Shown one piece after another: positions 28,942 through 38,529 of a DNA stretch of 64,000 nt. A model generated the notes under the pieces. It made no database searches. It saw nothing but the letters and a program-made list of their open reading frames with translations, and was not told the origin of the DNA. Origin of the DNA: Bacteroidales bacterium (GTDB lineage: Bacteria; Bacteroidota; Bacteroidia; Bacteroidales; UBA932); NCBI GenBank assembly GCA_017647795.1, contig JAGCJX010000031.1, positions 1,428 to 65,427 on the forward strand. The letters are read 5' to 3'. A program made the position numbers and the translations under genes. Positions within the stretch are counted from its first letter, which is position 1; each line of letters opens with the position of its first letter.

Positions 28942-29118
28942 TGGTGCATACCTCTTTTTTCCTGTTTGAAGGAAACAAGAACGATTGGGAAATCGAGTCC
29001 CGCACCTTGTTGCACAAACAGTCATTCTTCGCGCTGGATCCGTACATCGGCCTGGAATACAAGGTTGGCAGTGCCCTCCGGTCCCCGCATCTACTTCGGC
29101 TTCATCTTTGCCCATTAG
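28905..29118 (+). pseudogene. internally deleted, frameshifted remnant of the beta-barrel OMP gene found intact at 41602..42210
   Basis: It retains KFIQGFSGGMMVH, then SFFLFEGNKNDWEIE...FFALDPYIGLEYKVG, then in another frame GPRIYFGFIFAH-stop. The large middle part is missing. Confidence 0.75.
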
Positions 29119-29255
29119 ACGTTTCCTTGTCCAGCTGCAACAGCAGGCTAACAGGACGGTGGTCCGATGCCGAAATGGCAATCAGCAAGCCTGTTATCAA
29201 GAGAGCCAGTTTCTTCATTTTTCGCTGTGTTTGGGTTTCTTTAGCCTTGGTCAAT

Positions 29256-30131
29256 TTAGTTGATTCCCATCATAATCGCCGATAGCCCTGCAAAGACCAG
29301 CAGGTTGATGGCGGTGCGGCCCAGAATGGGGTTGAGTTGGGGACCACAGGCACGTGTGAGTGCGCGCCAGGTACGAACGTGCAGCAACAGGTAGAGGCCC
29401 GGAGCGATGAGTGCCCAATGGGGCAGGCGGATCCATACCGGTATCATCAGGAGCATCCCGGCCACACCGGAAACCAAGTAAGCCCAACCCATTACGCAGC
29501 GGCCAAAGAGAACTACCGTCGTGCGTTTGTTCACTGCTACATCGTCCTCCATATCGCGGTAATTGTTCACTACCAGCACATTCGCAGCCAACAGACCAAC
29601 TGCCAGGGAAGTCGGGAGCGATACCTGAAACGAGGTCCATGTGCCGGCTTGCAGGAAGCAGGTCAGGGTCACCGGAACAACACCGAAGAACAGTATGACG
29701 GCCACATCCCCCAAACCATGATGGGACAAGGGATAAGGTCCTGCACTGTAAGCAAGGGCGAACAAGAGGATGAAGACCCCCACGATGATCAGCCACCCGG
29801 GGCCAAAGCATAACAAAGAGCCACCGACAAGGGCAGCCAGGCCCAGTGTTACAAAAGTCGCGGTCTTCATGGCCTGTGGTGTAATTTCGCCTTCGGTAAC
29901 ACCGCGACGAAAGCCGACCCGTCCTTTTTTGTCTATGCCATTTTTGTAGTCAAAGTATTCATTGGCAAAGTTGGAGGCCACCTGCGCCAACACGGCAAAC
30001 ACGAGGCAGAGCAAAGCCGGAGCGAACCGGAAAGCGTCCAACATCAGGGCGCAACCAATGCCCGCCATCACCCCCGCCACACTCACCGGCAGGGTACGCA
30101 AACGCATGGCCTCAATCCACCGACGGATCAT
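29256..30131 (-). CDS. menA: 1,4-dihydroxy-2-naphthoate polyprenyltransferase
   Basis: UbiA-family motifs (NEYFDYKNGID, NNYRDMEDD) in a polytopic protein. It overlaps menG. Confidence 0.85.
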   Translation of the reverse strand: MIRRWIEAMRLRTLPVSVAGVMAGIGCALMLDAFRFAPALLCLVFAVLAQVASNFANEYFDYKNGIDKKGRVGFRRGVTEGEITPQAMKTATFVTLGLAALVGGSLLCFGPGWLIIVGVFILLFALAYSAGPYPLSHHGLGDVAVILFFGVVPVTLTCFLQAGTWTSFQVSLPTSLAVGLLAANVLVVNNYRDMEDDVAVNKRTTVVLFGRCVMGWAYLVSGVAGMLLMIPVWIRLPHWALIAPGLYLLLHVRTWRALTRACGPQLNPILGRTAINLLVFAGLSAIMMGIN

Positions 30132-30832
30132 GAGCGGGCCTTTTTACCCACATACATCCGGCAAATGCCCAACGTCAGCGGGGTGTGTTCCACCGTCTCA
30201 AAACCGGCTTCTTTTATCATACCGATGAATCTCTCCGGTGCCGGAAACTTCAGCACCGAGGCCGGCAAGTATTCGTATGCACCACGATCGCCGGAAATCA
30301 TTCCGCCAATTGCCGGCAATACCTTCAAGAAATACAGTTTGTAACACCAGCGGATGAAGGCATTTTTCGGAACCGAGAGTTCCAGGATTACCAGTTTTCC
30401 CCCAGGAACCAGGACCCGGTGCATTTCCTGCAACCCAAGCTCCAGGTGCTCGAAATTACGGACACCAAAACCCACGGAAATGCGGTCAAATGTCCCCGCT
30501 TCGTAAGGAAGCGCTTCACAGTCAGCCACCGACAAGGCTGCATCGAGTCCGGTTTGCCGGATTTTTTCCCGACCAATGGCCAACATCCCCTCAGAAATGT
30601 CCACACCCAATACCTGGCTGCCATTGACCAGGGTCCGGGCAATTTCTATGGTAAAATCTGCCGTACCACAGGCCACATCCAGGACCTTCAAAGGCCTATT
30701 TTCATCCGCCAGCTCCCGCACAGCTTTCTTGCGCCAGCCTTTGTCGATGTTCAGGGAAAGAATGTGGTTCAACCGGTCGTAATCCGGGGCAATGTTGTCA
30801 AAAAGCTTTCGAATTCCTTCTTTCTTTGCCAT
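30128..30832 (-). CDS. menG: demethylmenaquinone methyltransferase
   Basis: UbiE/MenG signatures are present (FDNIAPDYDRLNHILSL, LDVACGTADFT, FGVRNF). Confidence 0.9.
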   Translation of the reverse strand: MAKKEGIRKLFDNIAPDYDRLNHILSLNIDKGWRKKAVRELADENRPLKVLDVACGTADFTIEIARTLVNGSQVLGVDISEGMLAIGREKIRQTGLDAALSVADCEALPYEAGTFDRISVGFGVRNFEHLELGLQEMHRVLVPGGKLVILELSVPKNAFIRWCYKLYFLKVLPAIGGMISGDRGAYEYLPASVLKFPAPERFIGMIKEAGFETVEHTPLTLGICRMYVGKKARS

Positions 30833-30834
30833 GG

Positions 30835-31686
30835 TTATTTCTTCTTGATAAAATATACGTACGTCAACAAAATTACATTCATCAGCAGGGCATAAATGAT
30901 GGCCGGCAAAGCCATTTCCCCGCTGTTAAAAATAAAGGGAGAAGATGCGATGGCAATGGCCTGCGCCGCATTCTGCATACCGACCTCGATCACGATGGTC
31001 CGTTGGATGGGTTTCCCGAAACTGCCCAAGCGGGACAGGCCCGAACTACAGGCCATCGCTGCCAGAATCAGAAAGGCTCCGGAAAGTCCCAGGACCAGGA
31101 AATGATCGGCAATCTCCTGACGGTATTGCAGAAAGAACACGAGGGCCAGGGTCATCAACGCCGGGAATGCGACCTTTCCGAGGCCTTTGCTGACCTTCTC
31201 AGCAGCCTTCGGTGCATAATGACGGAACAAACTGCCCAAAATCATGGGCACAAAAATCAGCACCAGATTCTGCACCAGCAATTTGCCGATCGGAAGGTGG
31301 ATCTCCACCCCCGACAGGTCCGAAACGACACCCGTTACAAATTCCATGATAACGGGCAAGGTAAACAAGGTGATGACGCTGCTGAAGGCCGTCAAGGTCA
31401 CCGACAAGGCCACATCGCCTTTGATCAGCATCGTAAAAACATTGGAAGAACTGCCTCCCGGACAACAAGCCACCAGGACCAGCCCCATAAAATAAACCGG
31501 AGGCAATTTCAGCAACCAGGCAACCGCAAAAGCAATGACCGGAAGCACAACCAATTGTCCGAACAAGCCTACCAAGACCGCCTTGGGATTCCGGGCAATC
31601 TCCGTAAAGGATTTTTTATTCAGGTCAATTCCCAACAGAAACATCAGCACGATGAGAATTGGCATCACAATCCAAATGGTATTCAT
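30835..31686 (-). CDS. bile acid:sodium symporter (BASS) family transporter
   Basis: 283-aa polytopic protein with the motifs GLVLVACCPGGSSSNVFT and VIEVGMQNA. Confidence 0.8.
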   Translation of the reverse strand: MNTIWIVMPILIVLMFLLGIDLNKKSFTEIARNPKAVLVGLFGQLVVLPVIAFAVAWLLKLPPVYFMGLVLVACCPGGSSSNVFTMLIKGDVALSVTLTAFSSVITLFTLPVIMEFVTGVVSDLSGVEIHLPIGKLLVQNLVLIFVPMILGSLFRHYAPKAAEKVSKGLGKVAFPALMTLALVFFLQYRQEIADHFLVLGLSGAFLILAAMACSSGLSRLGSFGKPIQRTIVIEVGMQNAAQAIAIASSPFIFNSGEMALPAIIYALLMNVILLTYVYFIKKK

Positions 31687-31925
31687 ATACGCTTACATTT
31701 TTATTTTTTACTCAACCACTTCCGTACGGGCACGTCGTAGAATTTCAGACACAGCACCGCCAACACAAGGCTGGCTGCAATCACCGTCTATAATGCGGCT
31801 TTGTATCTGTAAAATTCATTCTATAATGATGTTTTGAGTCAATCTAGACAAAGGTAATCATATTCTTGCTCTTCTCAAGAATTAATGCCTACCTTTAGAT
31901 CCCAAATCAAGATTTGCCGAATAGG

Positions 31926-32846
31926 ATGAAAACAGGAAACTCATTGCGCGGACATGCTGCGGCCTTTGTCGCTTATGCCATTTTTGGATTCAACATCATT
32001 GTATGCAAGGACCTGACCAGCGAGGGACTCATTCCTCCTCTGGGTATTTTTACCCTGCGTTCCCTGGTGGCTGGGGCACTCTTCTGGTTACTGTCCCTAT
32101 TCCTGCCTGCGGAAAAAGTAGAGAAGAAAGATTACCTGAAAATCTTTGCTGCCTCGATGCTGGGATTCCTCACCTGCCAGCTCACCTTCCTGGTCGGCAT
32201 TCCCCACATCACGCCCATGGACTGTTCCATTCTCACGGTCATGACCCCGATTTATACGATGTTTGTTGCAGCCCTGGTACTCAAGGAACCCATTACCCTC
32301 AAAAAAGCCGGCGGAGTAATCCTTAGTTTTGCCGGCATCATCTACCTGGTCATCAGCCGGGTGACTGCGCCTGGAACCGTCACCGAAAGCTCTCCCTTCG
32401 GCATTTTCATGATCGTCCTGAACAGTCTTAGCTTTGCCCTGTACCTGGGTATCTTCCGACCTCTGATTGCCAAATATTCCGTGGTGACGTTCATGAAATG
32501 GATCTTCCTCTTCTCTGCCCTTGTCGCCACCCCCCTGGCCCTGCCTGGCCTCATCCGGGTGGATTGGGTGACGATCCCGGGAGAACAGTTTGCAGAGCTG
32601 GCCTACCTCATCGTTTGTGCTACTTTCATCAGCTATTTCCTCATCCCGGTCGCCCAAAAGTCCATCCGTCCGACCCTGGTCAGCATGTACAGTTATGTCC
32701 AACCCATCATTGCCATCGCCGTGAGCATCGGCATGGGCATGGAAGCACTGACCTGGCAAAAGATTCTCGCTACGGTCCTGGTCTTTTCTGGTGTGATTCT
32801 TGTAAACAAGAGTCGGGAAGGCTCTAAAACTCCCCAAAAGAAATGA
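31926..32846 (+). CDS. DMT-superfamily (EamA) transporter
   Basis: Ten TM helices forming duplicated EamA halves. The ATG at 31926 lies inside the listed TTG-start ORF. Confidence 0.8.
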   Translation: MKTGNSLRGHAAAFVAYAIFGFNIIVCKDLTSEGLIPPLGIFTLRSLVAGALFWLLSLFLPAEKVEKKDYLKIFAASMLGFLTCQLTFLVGIPHITPMDCSILTVMTPIYTMFVAALVLKEPITLKKAGGVILSFAGIIYLVISRVTAPGTVTESSPFGIFMIVLNSLSFALYLGIFRPLIAKYSVVTFMKWIFLFSALVATPLALPGLIRVDWVTIPGEQFAELAYLIVCATFISYFLIPVAQKSIRPTLVSMYSYVQPIIAIAVSIGMGMEALTWQKILATVLVFSGVILVNKSREGSKTPQKK

Positions 32847-34117
32847 AAACAAGAACGTTTTATACATTATTAATCAGCTTATTATTCATGTCAACCACCT
32901 ACTCTTGCGGCCCTACCCGTCAAGTTTCACAGTCAACCGAAGAAAGAAGGGCTGTACACAACAAGACGGAGGCCTCTGCTGGTGATACAGTTTGCGACGC
33001 ACATCATGATGCAGAATCTCAAGGGGAGCTGTCCTTCCGATTGCTGAAACACCTCTACCAGGGGGAGAATTTCGTATGCTCACCAATGAGCCTGAACTAT
33101 GCCCTGGCGATGGCAGCCGAAGGAGCCAGTGGCCAAACCCGGGAGGAAATGATCCGCCTGATCGGTGACCTGTCAAGCGGGGAAGTATTGCCTACCCCGA
33201 CCGACAATGCCCGCGTGAAGCTCCAGCTCGCCAACGCCCTGCTGGTCAATCAGGATTTCTCTCTCCAAAACAGTTACCAGAAAACCGTCGAAGACCGTTT
33301 TCATGCGACCGTGGAGTCCATGGACTTCTCACACCCGGATCCCGTTGCCAATCACATCAATGCCTGGTCCCAGGAACACACCCACGGCATGATAGAGAAG
33401 ATGCTGGATCCCAAAGATATTGCTCCGGCAGCCGTTGCCTACTTGCTCAATGCCCTGTATTTTCAAGGGGAATGGGCCGGATCAGCACACAAACCCATGT
33501 TCTTGAGCGACAATACTCAGACCGAAGATTTCCATTTGTCTGACGGCACCATCCGTCCCGTGGACATGATGTACAACGTGCAATACCATCGCTATGCAGA
33601 AATGCCGGGGTACAAGGTCCTCGCCCTGCCCTATGCCGGCAACCAATTCTTTTTCTATGTCTTTCTGCCTGATGAAAACAACGTGGACGGCCTCCTGGAG
33701 GAGCTGCAAACCACTTCGTGGTCCAGCATCCTGGAGCAGTTCAAAACCGATGCGCAGGTCTATGTCCGGTTGCCGAAGTTTGAGGTGGAGAACCGGTTTG
33801 ATGTATCAGAAACCTTGGTAAAAATGGGTGTTGAAAAGGCCTTCCAACCCGATATGGCGGAATTTGATCGGATGTTCGTTCCGAAAGACGACTATTCGTT
33901 CTGCATCAGCAAAGTGATTCAAGGGGCCAAGATCGCAGTGACAGAGAAAGGCACCGAGGCCGGAGCTGTTACCATCGTAGAAATGATGGCCACCAGCGCT
34001 TTCCGTCCCGAAGAACCCAAACGCGTATATTTCTATGCGGACCGTCCGTTCCTGTTTTTCCTGGGCGACCTGCACGGCAATGTCCTCTTCCAAGGCGCGT
34101 TTGTTGGGGAAAAGTAG
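32843..34117 (+). CDS. serpin-family lipoprotein (likely inhibitory)
   Basis: Lipobox TTYSCG. The serpin core includes NALYFQGEWA, the hinge EKGTEAGAVT and the C-terminus FYADRPFLFFL. Confidence 0.9.
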   Translation: MKTRTFYTLLISLLFMSTTYSCGPTRQVSQSTEERRAVHNKTEASAGDTVCDAHHDAESQGELSFRLLKHLYQGENFVCSPMSLNYALAMAAEGASGQTREEMIRLIGDLSSGEVLPTPTDNARVKLQLANALLVNQDFSLQNSYQKTVEDRFHATVESMDFSHPDPVANHINAWSQEHTHGMIEKMLDPKDIAPAAVAYLLNALYFQGEWAGSAHKPMFLSDNTQTEDFHLSDGTIRPVDMMYNVQYHRYAEMPGYKVLALPYAGNQFFFYVFLPDENNVDGLLEELQTTSWSSILEQFKTDAQVYVRLPKFEVENRFDVSETLVKMGVEKAFQPDMAEFDRMFVPKDDYSFCISKVIQGAKIAVTEKGTEAGAVTIVEMMATSAFRPEEPKRVYFYADRPFLFFLGDLHGNVLFQGAFVGEK

Positions 34118-34129
34118 GAGGCGGCCACC

Positions 34130-34204
34130 GGATCGTACCACCTGAACGAGCATGCGGACGCAACCTGGCTCACCCGCACCATCTCGTGGAACCAAGAGTA
34201 TTGA
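34130..34204 (+). pseudogene. NUDIX hydrolase C-terminal remnant
   Basis: The translation GSYHLNEHADATWLTR is close at nucleotide level to 57410..57460 of the intact NUDIX gene. Only about 24 codons remain. Confidence 0.6.
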
Positions 34205-34206
34205 TC

Positions 34207-34570
34207 ATGATCGTATTCCACGGCAGTGCAGCAGAAGTATCCACCCCCGAAATCAGACATAGTAAATTCTCAAAAGACTTCGGAGAAGGCTTCTATTGTA
34301 CCAAACTGAAAAGGCAAGCCAGGAGATGGGCACCTCCCCGACAAAACATTATCCATCCTTGAATTCAAAGGAATGAACGATGAATGGTTAGATTTCATTG
34401 TAAACTGCAGAAAAGGAATCACCCACCGCTACGACATCGTAATTGGAGCCATGGCAAATGACCAAATCTACAATTACATAGAAGATTTCATAGCTGGAGT
34501 TCTTACCCGTGAGCAGTTCTGGGTCCTTGCAAAGTTCAAATACCCCACCCATCAGAAACGACTTGTTCTA
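34207..34570 (+). pseudogene. disrupted DUF3990-family gene
   Basis: The N-terminal piece MIVFHGSAAEVSTPEIRHSKFSKDFGEGFYCT..QARRWA hits a stop. The central piece NDEWLDFIVNCRKGITHRYDIVIGAMANDQ continues in another frame. Confidence 0.7.
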
Positions 34571-34982
34571 TCTCTGTGCCCTTATTGAATACATGGCTCG
34601 TACCACAAAAAACAGGAATCGTGTCATTGTCAATGCCTTGGGAGAAGAACGTCTGAACAAAATCTACAAACTGGCAGACATATACCACAGTGACAACATG
34701 GCCCGTATCGCTGACGAACTCATTCAAGAATGCCAGATTGAAAACGACTATTTTGACATTACGAATACAAGATACGATGTTCCGACTCATTGGGATATCG
34801 CTAAAGTATACAAACGCCTGATCATCCGCATTGCCGATGACAAACCGAGGCAATACATCAAAACCCTGATTACCGTTTACAACTCCTGGATTGCCGATAA
34901 AATAGATGACTACAACAGCAGTTTCTACTATGAACCCTCAGAGTGTCATTACCAATCCTATCTCACTGGCAAGGCATTGTAA
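34509..34982 (+). CDS. DUF3791-like protein, N-terminus probably lost by deletion (possibly a pseudogene)
   Basis: The segment LFYLCALIEYMARTTKNRNRVIVNALG...YHSDNMARIADELIQE resembles DUF3791. The upstream part of the ORF overlaps the DUF3990 remnant. Confidence 0.4.
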   Translation: MSSSGSLQSSNTPPIRNDLFYLCALIEYMARTTKNRNRVIVNALGEERLNKIYKLADIYHSDNMARIADELIQECQIENDYFDITNTRYDVPTHWDIAKVYKRLIIRIADDKPRQYIKTLITVYNSWIADKIDDYNSSFYYEPSECHYQSYLTGKAL

Positions 34983-35510
34983 CGGAGCTAACGGAGCGGT
35001 AACGACGGATTAGCTGAAGACCCCGCGTGCAGTCCACGCACCCAGGTGGGCCGCCATCTGACGAAGATCCGGTCGGATGTACACATGAATTCCTATTACA
35101 ACGAAGCCTGCACCAACATCTGCAAGGTCCTATAACAGCGTTTACCTTCGTAAAATTTAACCAAAACTTCGTTGAAAACGTCATTCGGCGAGACCGGTAA
35201 GCATCCGACCAAGTACTAGCCACCACTACCCGGTACTACCGAGTAATGGCGGCTAATTGGTCAATATGTGCTTGGTTGGATGCTTACTGGAAGATAGACA
35301 CTCCCTTAATAGCTTCTAAAGAGGCAAAGCCTCTCTATTCCCTTCTTTTAAACTTTACTTTAATCAACATATATATGTACGGCTATAAAGTAAAGTGTTT
35401 ATTAATGGGAGAGTTCCCAAAAATACAATATTGCTTGTGGAAATCTATGAAATAATCACACATTTCCACCACGGATAAATATCTTTTTCGTATATTTGCA
35501 CAAAACAATA

Positions 35511-36962
35511 ATGAAATTTGACATGCTAATAGGTAGAGACAAAGAAGTAAAGCTCCTTCAAAATCTTATGACTGCTAACGAGTCCCAATTTGTTGCAGTT
35601 TATGGCCGTCGTAGAGTTGGTAAGACGTATCTTATTAGAGAAGCGTTTAATTATAGTTTTACATTCCAACATACAGGAATCTATAATGCGACAATGAAGG
35701 AGCAGCTTAAGGAGTTCAGAGAATCTCTTTATGCTGCCGGCATGAAGCGTGCAGCAATGCCTAAGACATGGAATGATGCCTTTCATTTATTGGAGGGTTT
35801 CATTGCCGGACTGCCAGAAGAAGGTAAAAAGCTAATATTCATAGATGAATTACCATGGATGGATACCCACAAATCTAATTTTGTTCGTTCATTGGACCAC
35901 TTCTGGAATGGTTGGGCTACAACTCGTAGGGATATAGTTCTTATTATATGTGGAAGTGCTACATCTTGGATAATAGATAATGTCATCATGAATTATGGTG
36001 GATTGCATAACAGATTGACAAGCCAAATATTTGTAGAGCCTTTCTGCTTGAGAGAGTGTAAACAATATTGTGAATGGAAAGGACTCGGATACACTGATAA
36101 CCAAGTGTTGGAGGCATATATGGCTTTGGGTGGAATTCCATACTATTGGAACTTCTTGCGCAAAGGTGAGAGTGTTGCTCAGAACTTTGACCGTATGTTC
36201 TTTTCTGAAAGGGGAGAACTCACTCATGAATTTGACGCTTTGTACGCTTCTCTTTTCAGATCTCCAAAAATCCACATCGCTATTATCGTTGCGTTGGCAA
36301 AAAAGAAGATGGGCTTGTTAAGAGAGGATTTGTTGTCGGCGACAAAACTGCATGACAATTCAAGATTTAGCACAGCTCTTAGGGAACTTGAACAATGTGG
36401 ATTCATTCGCAAGTATATTTCTATTGGCAAGAAGAACAAACAAGCTATATATCAATTAATAGATAATTATACATTGTTCTATTTTGATTTCATCTCTTCT
36501 AATGTAAATGGAGATGAGCATTTTTGGACATCTCAATTGAATACTAGCGTTCATCATGGATGGGCCGGACGGGCTTTTGAAAGAGTATGCATCCAGCATC
36601 TTCCTCAGATTAAATCAGCTCTCGGTTTCTCTGGAATTATAAGCAGTGCTCATTCATGGGTGTATAGGCCAAATAAAACTGGTGATACAGATAAGGCGAG
36701 CGATACTGGTGTGCAGATAGATTTGCTTATTGATCGTAATGACCAGACTATCAATCTATGTGAGATGAAATATTCTTCAGCTCAATATACCATAACGGCA
36801 GAAGAAGATTTGCGCATACGAAACCGTAAGGCTGTATTTATGCGTGAAACAGAAACGACAAAGGCAGTTATGGTTACAATGATAACCACCTATGGTCTTA
36901 CCCCTGGTGGATATTCAAACGATATTCCATGTCAGGTTACAATGACTGATTTGTTTAAGTGA
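35511..36962 (+). CDS. AAA-type ATPase (archaeal-ATPase/DUF234-like)
   Basis: The N-terminus reads GRDKEVKLLQNL...FVAVYGRRRVGKTYLIRE. A TATATTTG box lies at 35491..35498. The block is AT-rich. Confidence 0.8.
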   Translation: MKFDMLIGRDKEVKLLQNLMTANESQFVAVYGRRRVGKTYLIREAFNYSFTFQHTGIYNATMKEQLKEFRESLYAAGMKRAAMPKTWNDAFHLLEGFIAGLPEEGKKLIFIDELPWMDTHKSNFVRSLDHFWNGWATTRRDIVLIICGSATSWIIDNVIMNYGGLHNRLTSQIFVEPFCLRECKQYCEWKGLGYTDNQVLEAYMALGGIPYYWNFLRKGESVAQNFDRMFFSERGELTHEFDALYASLFRSPKIHIAIIVALAKKKMGLLREDLLSATKLHDNSRFSTALRELEQCGFIRKYISIGKKNKQAIYQLIDNYTLFYFDFISSNVNGDEHFWTSQLNTSVHHGWAGRAFERVCIQHLPQIKSALGFSGIISSAHSWVYRPNKTGDTDKASDTGVQIDLLIDRNDQTINLCEMKYSSAQYTITAEEDLRIRNRKAVFMRETETTKAVMVTMITTYGLTPGGYSNDIPCQVTMTDLFK

Positions 36963-37164
36963 TAACCTGCAGATGCGAAACAGATGTCACGTCCTTGGTT
37001 AACAATTCCAGCTACAAAGGATAGAATTTACTTCAACATATGCATGATTAAGTTCTTCTTGGATATCATTTCACCAAGCAACGACTTCAAGAATAAACTG
37101 CATACATTATTTAGCAAGTTCCCTCAAATAGATTAGATTTTTGTCTACGAAGAGAAGTGTACAC

Positions 37165-37398
37165 ACAGAAAGTGAAATGGTAAAAGCTGCACAGGAATTG
37201 GAAAGCTGAATTGATGCAGAGACAGTAGCCCGCAATCACGGCATTTCCAAAGCGACATTGTACAATTGGAAGAGTAAGTACAGTGGTATGGAAGTAAGTC
37301 AGGTAAGGCGTTTGAAGGAACTGGAAGAGGAGAATCGCAAGTTGAAGAAACGCCTTCCTGCGAGAGTAAAGAACCCATTAATAAAACCTCCCCAGTAG
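37165..37398 (+). mobile_element. IS3-family transposase OrfA remnant
   Basis: The translation VARNHGISKATLYNWKSKYSGMEVSQVRRLKELEEENRKLKK is preceded by an in-frame stop. There is no OrfB. Confidence 0.7.
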
Positions 37399-37634
37399 CA
37401 AAACTACCAGGGAGGTTATTATATTCAAGCGGTAATCAAATTACTGTCAATTCCCACATGGTTCTCCCCCATTCCCGTGGTTTCGGATGCCAACTTCAAT
37501 TCCTGGCTGGTCGCATAGGCGGCGAACACGGATGAATTCAGGGAACACCCATCCAATATATGAATTTGTTTGAAATGACGGCATCTCATTTTAACTACGA
37601 TTTCGATAGAAATTTTGTATTTTCGTCGTTGATT

Positions 37635-38093
37635 ATGACACCTTTTATCCTTGTAGCACCCAACGATCTTTCGTTTGCAGAAACATTGACCCGTTTCCAA
37701 GTCGATATGGCCATGGAATCGGAAGGCCTGGCCTTGGATTACGCACGTACGCTCAACGGTGTACGAGCCGTATTGCAGGACGAAACCAAAGGCCGGTATC
37801 TTGTGGCAACCCTTGATGACAAGCCGGTAGGCTCCCTGATGCTGACCCGCGAATGGAGCGATTGGAACTGTTGCTGGTATCTTTGGATCCAGAGTGTTTA
37901 TGTGTCACCGGATCACCGAAACAAAGGCATTTTCAAGGCCATGTACAACAAGGTGCTGGAATTGGCAGCATCGGAAGGAGTCACTCAGGTGCGCTTATAT
38001 GTTGACCGAGACAATACAAAAGCCCAGAAGGTTTATCAAAAATTGGGCATGTCTGAGTGTCATTACCTCCTGTATGAGACCCAGATCGGATAG
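37635..38093 (+). CDS. GNAT-family N-acetyltransferase
   Basis: Carries the motifs IQSVYVSPDHRNKGIFKAMY and RLYVDRDNTKAQKVYQKLGM. The internal ATG at 37635 is preferred. Confidence 0.8.
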   Translation: MTPFILVAPNDLSFAETLTRFQVDMAMESEGLALDYARTLNGVRAVLQDETKGRYLVATLDDKPVGSLMLTREWSDWNCCWYLWIQSVYVSPDHRNKGIFKAMYNKVLELAASEGVTQVRLYVDRDNTKAQKVYQKLGMSECHYLLYETQIG

Positions 38094-38112
38094 ATGAGAC
38101 TACCTGCAAACA

Positions 38113-38487
38113 CTACCGTTTTTCCAAGGTAAGTACGTAGGAGTAATTGTATCTACCGAAATCGAAGCTTTCTGAATGTTTCGGTTCTGCGAAAGAAATC
38201 TTGAATTGTGGCCGGTAGGAGGAGGAATATGTAAACGATCTTTCCAGAACTACTCCGTCGTTATGGATCTCCAGCACATGGAAATTAAAATCCGGGAAAA
38301 TTAGATTCTCTATTCCGTATTTCTTCCACACTTCCTTCTTTGGAGAAAACAAAGACATACCTTCGGTAAGGGTAACACCTTGGAGGTCACACTCAAATCG
38401 ATCTTCCAGATCAATGTCTTTACCAGTCACTTCGTTCTCAGACGATGCACGGGTCTTGAGGACAAACTTGTAATTGTCAAATCTCAT
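38113..38487 (-). CDS. hypothetical protein
   Basis: 124-aa ORF, last in a co-directional run. No family recognised. Confidence 0.45.
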   Translation of the reverse strand: MRFDNYKFVLKTRASSENEVTGKDIDLEDRFECDLQGVTLTEGMSLFSPKKEVWKKYGIENLIFPDFNFHVLEIHNDGVVLERSFTYSSSYRPQFKISFAEPKHSESFDFGRYNYSYVLTLEKR

Positions 38488-38529
38488 AATGCTTTCAGTT
38501 ATAAGGTGATTTTATTGATTTATCAGGGG

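Noticed and set aside
30185-31740. Plus-strand ORFs of 236 aa and 304 aa overlapping menG and the BASS transporter
   Set aside because: These are antisense shadows of two well-supported minus-strand genes. The sequences are rich in Arg, Gln, His and Gly, with no family features.
36990-37140. Short frame reading MIKFFLDIISPSNDFKNKLHTLFSKFPQID downstream of the AAA ATPase gene
   Set aside because: It looks like the tail of some Bacteroidales gene family, but I cannot place it. It is too short, has no start context, and is adjacent to the IS3 remnant, so it is probably another fragment.
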